From a virus (lineage: Duplodnaviria > Caudoviricetes), in the IMG/VR virus record IMGVR_UViG_3300020469_000008, positions 32,001 to 96,000 of that record: DNA of 64,000 nt; one strand, 5' to 3'. Below the pieces are notes generated by a model, which worked only from the letters and a program-made list of their open reading frames with translations, had not been told where the DNA came from and made no database searches. Positions 57,381-64,000 of the stretch are shown here, in pieces (positions within the stretch are counted from its first letter, which is position 1; each line of letters begins with the position of its first letter). The translations under genes were made by a program, and so were the position numbers.

Positions 57381-60300
57381 ATGACAGCCTTAAGAGTAAA
57401 CGAGTCTTCTGGCTCGGCCGGGTCAATACAGGTTGCCGACGGTTTCGGCGGTTTTTTATCGGGAAGTTTAACAGCCGGCCCTAACATAACTATATCAAAT
57501 GATGGAAGCGGAAGCTTTGCAATTACTGCAAGTTTAGATGCAGGAACAGCTATTGGTGAAGCTGAGGATGGAACTTATGAAGACGGTCTTTTTACTGATT
57601 TTGTAATAGATACACCCATTGGTACTGCTGTAGACAGGTTTAACGAGGTACTTAAGGCCCTCGCACCTTCACCTGCGCCAGGTTTAGATGATATAAATTC
57701 ACTACAATCCGGTACAAATTTATTTCTTTCTTTTGGGAGTTCAAATGATCAATCATCTGCTAGCCCTGCTTATGTAAGTGTTGCAGGAACAGCTGGAGTC
57801 GCTGCTGCTGTAGATGTTAATGGTGCTTATAATATAACAACAAGTAGTAACAATATTAGGTTAGGCGCTTTTGACGGCGACACACATATAAGCGGAGTTT
57901 TAAATGCTGATGTTACTGCTAACAGCCAAGGAAATAACGTCCAAAATTTTCCTGCTTTTTCGTTTGGTGATTCCGAAGTAGGGGTACTAAGACTAAATGT
58001 TAACGGCACGACAATTAAAGAAATAGACTTAACAGTGGCACAAATCGGTAGCGGTACATCAGGCTTAGGAACTGGTTCACACTTAGATGCAAGCGGATCA
58101 GGATTTAATTTATTTTCGCAACCCACAACCGGAACATTTTCAAATGGAAACGCATTTAATTCTTTTCAACACAGGACAGGACAGTTTGTTATCGCATCAG
58201 GTAGTCAAAGACGTGGCTGGAATTATGCGCGTGTTCAGCACGTAAAAAGTGGATCGACTAGCACTACAAATTATTTAGAATGGGTAAATGACGACAATAA
58301 TGACAGTCTAGCTGCTGCAGGAAACTCTATTGCATTTGAAGGCAGCGGAAGTGTACACCTTTCGGGTGTAAAATATTTTAGAAGTGGTAGCGGAACGTAT
58401 AAAGCCCGAGTAACAAATGCTTATAAGCTAGTCTATGACAATAATAATATTACTTTCACCACTAATAACAACGCACTAGAATCTTCAAGTCCTAGTTTTT
58501 CAATATCTGCACAGTCCAAACCTACAATAGGCGCTGGAGAAGATCATACAAAAGTACTTCATATTACTGGTTCTGGAACAATTTCAGCAAATTACTTTTT
58601 GAGTGGCGCGTTAACAGGATCTATAAACGTTACACACCCATTTAAATCGAACCTATCTTCAGCAGGATCTTCAGTGACATCAGGTATTTTAATGTACAAC
58701 CTGACAAATAATTCAACGTCACTCGTAGAAAACTTTAGAAGAGAGAATTTTAGAATTATAAGTGGTGCATACGATACACAAGCATCTCTCGTCGACAATT
58801 CTAATGTTTGGGACAGTACAAGACACATGACAGCGTCAAATGGAGCACACACAAACGGTCTTCAATTCTATAATACCAGACTGTATTCTCCCACAAACAC
58901 ACTTAGATCTGGTGACTTCCGTTCAACTTCAGATGGTGGTAAATTAGATAATGCTCCAAGTAACAATCCTAACTACTCAGGACAATCTGGCCTAAGGACA
59001 TTCTATCGTTGGTTTAAAAACGAAACCGGTTCTGACAAACAAGACTTTTCTATAGCAATTAACGGTGTAGGTTCAACAATTGTATCAGCAGCTACTGCAC
59101 TAAATAGTGGTAGAATAAGAGTTTTTGTTAAATTTCCAAGTGATGGTACTAGATCTACCGGGTGGTTAGATTTAGCATCCGAGTTTGTACTTGATTCTTA
59201 CGCCGATAATGATGGGGCACATACAGCAAACGGTAGTCTAAGTTTTGATAGTACACTTAACGCTACAAATATAGTAACACTGGGAACTGTAAGTGTAGGT
59301 AATAACGAATACATCGGCGTTAGAGTTGAATCGGATGCTGGATGGACTGGATATATTGATAGTATAACAGTTTCGTTTGGCGCAGGTACAGGAACAATAA
59401 CGCCAATACCTGACTTAGATGATATTGACTGTGACGATGACGGAATAGACTCAAATTTATCATTTGGTGTTTCTAAATCTATAACAGGTTATTCAAACGT
59501 AGGCAGTTCTGCAGGTTTAGGCTCAGCTGTAGATATTAATGGACTGTATAAGACAGATTCTAATTCCAACAATCTAAGGCGATCAGTATTTGCCTTTGAC
59601 AGAATAGTTGAGGGTAGACTCAACGAAGATGTGTCAGCTAATTCACCTGATTTTGTAGCAAACGCATTCTCAGACGCAAATAGTGGTTCTTTGGTATTAG
59701 AAGTCAACGGTGTTGATTTACATTCAGTTGAACTAACCGGTTCATTTAACTTGGTTGGGTCAGGAGAGCCTGGAATTGATGACGGCACAGGTGGAACATC
59801 TTTCACAAATAGTAGTGGATTTTTTGATTTAAGTGTTTGGAGACCAGCGGAGTTTGATAATGAAGTACCTCACTTTCTAGAAATACAGAGAACTGGAAAA
59901 TATCGAGTGCATACAAATGCACAAAGAAAAGGTTGGAATTACGCAAGGGTCAAGCATGTAGGGACGTGGGGCATAAGAACTACAAATTACGTTGAATGGG
60001 TTAATGACGATGATAACAATGGTTTAAGTATCGCTAACTTAACGCTAAAACCATTTAAGTCTGACACACTATTTCATCAAAGCGGTGTAAAATACTTTAT
60101 ACAACCGAGTGGTAGTTTAGAGGTGCAGATTAACAATCTTTACAGAAATGTTTACTCTGACAGTAATTCTGCTATTAGTTTTAATAATCTTAATAATGCG
60201 TCAGGTGTAAAGATAATACAGTCTGGTAGCGGACTAACTTCTACAAAAACAACTACTTCATCAACAGCAACACTTCAAAATCTTGCAACAACTACTAATT

Positions 60301-61196
60301 CAGAACAACAGCCTAGTCACGTTTCTGGATCACTACGTTTTTCTTTAACTGGATCCCTAAGTGGTTCTTATGCAAATTATACAAAACACTCAACTACAGG
60401 ATCTCTAGTTTTTGATCATCCTTTAAAAAGTAACTTGGATACACATAATACACTTGTCATGACATCGTCAGTCTTACTTGTTTACTCTTCAAGTGACACA
60501 TCAAATACAAATACATTAGAGAACTTCACAGGAGAGTTATTTAGAATTCAAAGCGGAAGTTACACCACACAGAATAGTGTTACAGATGTACTTAATAACT
60601 GGTCATCTACGGGATCATTAAACGATAATATTGGATTTCCCGGGTATTACACAGGGCTTATGCAGTTTGACACAAGACTAATAAGTCCGTTAGACGGAGG
60701 AAATACTGGTGATTTTAGAAATTACTCAGAAGGAGGTATTTTTGAAGGACCTGATTCAAATGTAAATTATAGCAGTTTAGGCATTGCAACAAGAGAATAT
60801 TATAGAGCATTTTTAAATCCTACAACTAATGATTTAGCAAGAATAACAGTATCATTAGCAGGCGATGCATCATTGGTCGGTAAGACAGGAGCAAACCAAG
60901 CGACCTTAGGTGCAAATAAAAATATATTTGTAGAAGTCAGAATACCAGGAAAAACAGCTTTTCTTGACTTAGGCAAGCCTTCAGCCGGCGCAGGAAATAT
61001 AAGCGCAGGTGATGGATGTTTATTTGGTGATTTAAATGGCACAATATCCAAAGCCGGCACATCAAATGTAATTACATTTAATGGCCAAACAGTTGATGGC
61101 ACATCCTCAGGAGCAGAATATTTTGTTATAAAGATTTCTGCGCATAAGGATTGGACTGGCTTTTTAAATTCAATTAATGTGACCTGGAGCGGATAA
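57381..61196 (+). CDS. large Ser/Gly/Asn-rich virion protein made of two tandem ~590 aa repeats
   Basis: Two copies each of LDDI, GWNYARV.H, TTNY[LV]EWVNDD, SGVKYF and WTG[YF].[DN]SI.V. Confidence 0.7.
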   Translation: MTALRVNESSGSAGSIQVADGFGGFLSGSLTAGPNITISNDGSGSFAITASLDAGTAIGEAEDGTYEDGLFTDFVIDTPIGTAVDRFNEVLKALAPSPAPGLDDINSLQSGTNLFLSFGSSNDQSSASPAYVSVAGTAGVAAAVDVNGAYNITTSSNNIRLGAFDGDTHISGVLNADVTANSQGNNVQNFPAFSFGDSEVGVLRLNVNGTTIKEIDLTVAQIGSGTSGLGTGSHLDASGSGFNLFSQPTTGTFSNGNAFNSFQHRTGQFVIASGSQRRGWNYARVQHVKSGSTSTTNYLEWVNDDNNDSLAAAGNSIAFEGSGSVHLSGVKYFRSGSGTYKARVTNAYKLVYDNNNITFTTNNNALESSSPSFSISAQSKPTIGAGEDHTKVLHITGSGTISANYFLSGALTGSINVTHPFKSNLSSAGSSVTSGILMYNLTNNSTSLVENFRRENFRIISGAYDTQASLVDNSNVWDSTRHMTASNGAHTNGLQFYNTRLYSPTNTLRSGDFRSTSDGGKLDNAPSNNPNYSGQSGLRTFYRWFKNETGSDKQDFSIAINGVGSTIVSAATALNSGRIRVFVKFPSDGTRSTGWLDLASEFVLDSYADNDGAHTANGSLSFDSTLNATNIVTLGTVSVGNNEYIGVRVESDAGWTGYIDSITVSFGAGTGTITPIPDLDDIDCDDDGIDSNLSFGVSKSITGYSNVGSSAGLGSAVDINGLYKTDSNSNNLRRSVFAFDRIVEGRLNEDVSANSPDFVANAFSDANSGSLVLEVNGVDLHSVELTGSFNLVGSGEPGIDDGTGGTSFTNSSGFFDLSVWRPAEFDNEVPHFLEIQRTGKYRVHTNAQRKGWNYARVKHVGTWGIRTTNYVEWVNDDDNNGLSIANLTLKPFKSDTLFHQSGVKYFIQPSGSLEVQINNLYRNVYSDSNSAISFNNLNNASGVKIIQSGSGLTSTKTTTSSTATLQNLATTTNSEQQPSHVSGSLRFSLTGSLSGSYANYTKHSTTGSLVFDHPLKSNLDTHNTLVMTSSVLLVYSSSDTSNTNTLENFTGELFRIQSGSYTTQNSVTDVLNNWSSTGSLNDNIGFPGYYTGLMQFDTRLISPLDGGNTGDFRNYSEGGIFEGPDSNVNYSSLGIATREYYRAFLNPTTNDLARITVSLAGDASLVGKTGANQATLGANKNIFVEVRIPGKTAFLDLGKPSAGAGNISAGDGCLFGDLNGTISKAGTSNVITFNGQTVDGTSSGAEYFVIKISAHKDWTGFLNSINVTWSG

Positions 61197-62497
61197 TGGC
61201 AGGTAAGAGTAACACGTCCGCAACTTTCTTTGCACAGAAAAAATTACTGGGTAAAGCACATACATCTAATTTAAAAACTGATGGTGAAGAATTAATTGGC
61301 TCAAACATTCAGGCCAGTACTTCACTTTTATTTGGCCAAAGTGTTCCTGCAAATCCTGCACAAACACTATACTTGATGCAAAGTGCTTCGAATGGTTCAC
61401 CTGCGACGGTAGAATACATTCACTTTGCTTTAAACGCACTTACCGGTACAACATATGATGCGAATGAAACGAACCCAGACGGAGGCTCAGGTACAGATTC
61501 TGGAGAATCTTCACAAACATCAGGTGTGCATACTTATAAGTTTGTTTTTCGTTCAGATTATTCTTCAAATTCAAGTAATCCAAAGAAAGGAAATGGTAAT
61601 TTTAACGACAGCAAAATAGTTCATGAAACCTTAGGAAAGGTACAACTTGTACCACCTTTCTATTCTCAAACAGCTCCTAACCCTTATATTATAAAAATAT
61701 ATAAAGACGACGGTTCAGGAGGTATTGGGGACGAAATACCTCTACTTGACAATGTAGACTGGAACGTAGATTTTTACAACGGAATATTATTTCTCCAAGA
61801 TTTTAACTCATCAAAAATTCCTGCACACGCTAAAGCTTTTGCATACGTTGGCGATTTTGCTGATAAAGGATTTTTTGAAAACTCTCTTTCTGGGTCGCTC
61901 CAAAAGCTAACAGACGGATCATCATATCTCGTTGCAGGCAGTAATATTACAATTGCATCAGCCTCTAATGGGCAGATAACAATATCCTCCACCGGTGGTG
62001 GAGGTAGTGGTACACCAGGTGGAGCTAACACACAAATACAGTTTAACGATGGAGGCTCTTTTGCCGGTGATACAGATCTAACGTACGATAAAACAGCTAA
62101 TGCTCTCCAGTCTGCAGGATTTGTCACAGCTTCATTAGGTTTTTCCGGATCTTTAACAAATCTTGCTGATGGTACTTCTTTTATAAAGTCTAGTACTGGA
62201 ATAAATGTAGCAAGTGCGTCTAATGGAGCAATTACTTTAAAAGTCAATAAGGAAATGGTATTTAATGAATTGTGTGGTGGTAGTACCAATGGTTCGAACA
62301 CACTATTTACTCTCGCAAATACACCTTTTGCGTCAAATGAGATAAGTATATTTGTGAATGGATTACTCCAAACACCCCCAGCTTTAACAGACTTTCAAGA
62401 TTATTCAGTAACCGGTTCAAACATATTTTTTACAACCGGTTCGGTTCCAGACGAAGGGAGCGTAGTAATTGCCATGTATAACAAGGTTGTGACGTAA
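61196..62497 (+). CDS. tail fibre/baseplate-associated structural protein
   Basis: TAATG coupling; GTPGGANTQIQFNDGGSFAGD and NGSNTLFTL..P...IFVNGLLQ modules typical of tail appendages. Confidence 0.6.
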   Translation: MAGKSNTSATFFAQKKLLGKAHTSNLKTDGEELIGSNIQASTSLLFGQSVPANPAQTLYLMQSASNGSPATVEYIHFALNALTGTTYDANETNPDGGSGTDSGESSQTSGVHTYKFVFRSDYSSNSSNPKKGNGNFNDSKIVHETLGKVQLVPPFYSQTAPNPYIIKIYKDDGSGGIGDEIPLLDNVDWNVDFYNGILFLQDFNSSKIPAHAKAFAYVGDFADKGFFENSLSGSLQKLTDGSSYLVAGSNITIASASNGQITISSTGGGGSGTPGGANTQIQFNDGGSFAGDTDLTYDKTANALQSAGFVTASLGFSGSLTNLADGTSFIKSSTGINVASASNGAITLKVNKEMVFNELCGGSTNGSNTLFTLANTPFASNEISIFVNGLLQTPPALTDFQDYSVTGSNIFFTTGSVPDEGSVVIAMYNKVVT

Positions 62498-62724
62498 TGA
62501 GCGTTAAAAAGTTTATCACCGCAGATATAGCTATTGCAGCGTTTCTTATGATGAAAGGAATGAAATTAATTTCTGCAGCAAGAGAGCGCAACGGTAGGTT
62601 CCGATTTGAGTTCGCAGATCCTAACGATGAGGCTGATAAATTTGCTGTTGAATTTGTCAATTCGGAGTCAGCAAAATTTGATGCACACGTTAAAAATTTA
62701 AAAAATATTTTGTTCAAAAATTAA
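62497..62724 (+). CDS. small protein, DUF5659-like
   Basis: FITADIAIAAFLMMKG...FRFEF; 75 aa. Confidence 0.55.
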   Translation: MSVKKFITADIAIAAFLMMKGMKLISAARERNGRFRFEFADPNDEADKFAVEFVNSESAKFDAHVKNLKNILFKN

Positions 62725-62744
62725 AGATCAAAAAATTAAAGATC
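62716..62744 (+). repeat. tandem duplication of AAAAATTAAAGATC
   Basis: AAAAATTAAAGATC followed by AAAAAATTAAAGATC, spanning the stop of the upstream gene. Confidence 0.7.
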
Positions 62745-62885
62745 AAAAACCAAATTGGTAGATATATAACTTGGAAAACTCATAATAATTTAGGGTTAAG
62801 TATTTGAAGTTGTGTTTCGTTGTTAATAGTTATAGTTATAGTTAAAACATTCATTAAAAGCTATATTTAAAACAAGGAGAAAATA

Positions 62886-64000
62886 ATGGCTTCAAAAACA
62901 CAAATCAGACTGGGTCAAATTACAGGCTCATTCGGAGATAGAGAAGGTGGGATTATACAAACAAATGCCGCCTCGAGTGCTGCTAATTTAGCGGCGTATA
63001 CTGCTACATCTGGATCTTTTGTCGGCATCATGTCTGATATCGCATCTCAGCTGGTAAGAATTCACGGTGGCGATACTTTCGCCGGCGGTGCAACAAGTAC
63101 ATTAAAAGATATCGACGGTCACGCTCGTGTTACATACGCAAACGGTGCCGGCACTATTCTTGGTAGAGATGACGGAACAGAAATTCTTTCTGTTGCGGGT
63201 ACCGGTAATACATTAGGTCTTACAGGTTCATTTTTGCCAGAAGCAAACGGAACTCGTGACTTAGGTGGTTCATCATTACACTGGAGAACTTTGCATGTTG
63301 GACAAGTAGACGCTACAGGTGTTACGGGATCTTTGACAGATACTAGTATTGGTGCAAACCGCGTTGTTTTCGCTAACGCTGCAAACGCTCTAACAGGTGA
63401 TGCAAACCTTACTTTTGATGGAACAACACTTACGCTTGGTACATCACAAGACTTGACAGTTGGACGTAACGCAACTATTACTGGCAATTTAACAGTTAAT
63501 GGTACAACAACAACAGTTAACTCAACGACTGTTACAATTGATGATAGGTTCATCTTTCTAGCAGATGGCGCACAATCTACAAATACACCTGCTGGTATCG
63601 TTTTCTCATCTGGTTCGAACCAATCAGCTCGCCCGGACGTTTCATTCGCAAGAATTGGTAATGACCTTTGGGCACTTGGAACTGTTTCTTCACAAAGTGG
63701 TTCTGCTGCTAATTCAGTACCATCAAACTTTGATATCGGTTTCCGTGCACAAAAATTTGAATTAAAAACTGCGAACGATAACATAGCTCTTGCCACTTCA
63801 CTTGAAGGTACTGCTAATTCTTTAGAAATTACTTCAGGTGAATCTTTGGTTTTAGATTCTGGTAAGCACATTGACATAGACTTAGGTTCTTCTTCTAGAA
63901 ACCTTAGACTATATTCTGCAGAAAACGAGTTTGGTAAGTTTAACAGATCATCTAACGACTTAAGAATCTCTGGGTCGAAAGGAAATATCCAGCTTGACGC
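62886..64000 (+). CDS. tail fibre protein, 5' part (runs off the window; absent from the ORF track)
   Basis: AAGGAG RBS; MASKTQIRLGQITGSFGD...; GNLTVNGTTTTVNSTTVTIDDRFI beta-helix-type fibre motif; no stop before the window end. Confidence 0.8.
   Translation, partial: MASKTQIRLGQITGSFGDREGGIIQTNAASSAANLAAYTATSGSFVGIMSDIASQLVRIHGGDTFAGGATSTLKDIDGHARVTYANGAGTILGRDDGTEILSVAGTGNTLGLTGSFLPEANGTRDLGGSSLHWRTLHVGQVDATGVTGSLTDTSIGANRVVFANAANALTGDANLTFDGTTLTLGTSQDLTVGRNATITGNLTVNGTTTTVNSTTVTIDDRFIFLADGAQSTNTPAGIVFSSGSNQSARPDVSFARIGNDLWALGTVSSQSGSAANSVPSNFDIGFRAQKFELKTANDNIALATSLEGTANSLEITSGESLVLDSGKHIDIDLGSSSRNLRLYSAENEFGKFNRSSNDLRISGSKGNIQLD

Noticed and set aside
519-63877. The many minus-strand and nested plus-strand ORFs in the track
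   Set aside because: Shadows of long, motif-bearing plus-strand genes, without RBS or recognisable motifs; only 17784..18125 is kept.
1-64000. Genome-wide stop-codon reassignment (TGA or TAG) as the explanation for the in-frame TGA
   Set aside because: TGA ends many genes with tight ATGA/TGATG/GTGA coupling (5421, 10455, 21839, 23152, 24237, 41731) and TAG ends conserved genes (7046, 35388); standard-code ORFs tile the window.
1-64000. tRNA (including tRNA-Sec), rRNA or CRISPR arrays
   Set aside because: No cloverleaf or repeat-spacer pattern seen by eye in the short intergenic gaps; tRNAscan-SE/Aragorn would be needed to exclude fully.
1-64000. Eukaryotic giant virus or bacterial chromosome origin
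   Set aside because: T4-like portal, protease, capsid, sheath and tube, Shine-Dalgarno sites, sigma70 promoters and an amidase endolysin point to a tailed bacteriophage.

Overview
A 64 kb, AT-rich, almost entirely plus-strand segment of a large T4-like (myovirus, probably jumbo) bacteriophage genome; no host genes are evident. Gene order: vWA/metallopeptidase, fused Mre11-Rad50 (gp47/gp46), terminase, portal, prohead protease, scaffold, major capsid, a ~9 kb accessory block of small genes, neck/tail-completion genes, two tandem tail sheaths, tail tube, tail chaperone, tape measure, baseplate, a replication block (stand-alone PolA-like domain, gp32-like SSB, RecA, 5'-3' exonuclease, DnaB-like helicase, class II RNR), ClpP, Dps-like protein, amidase endolysin and the first tail/fibre genes. 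Most notable: (1) gene 23149..24237 has an in-frame TGA (23824-23826) in an H-T-*-L-T-H-V motif, followed at once by a bacterial-SECIS-like hairpin and 136 more sense codons ending in an ATGA overlap with the next gene, i.e. a candidate phage-encoded selenoprotein that the ORF track splits; (2) about ten otherwise unrelated ORFs share an N-terminal leader MK[IVL][STDN][RK]xx[LI][RK]x[LI]IxE, plausibly a capsid-targeting/protease-cleaved signal defining a virion-packaged cargo set (GNAT, Cys/His-rich modules, the Sec candidate); (3) a probable +1/-2 frameshift in the tail chaperone, an ATANTTA late-promoter candidate and a terminator overlapping a sigma70 promoter. Protein family calls rest on recognised motifs and synteny, not on database searches.
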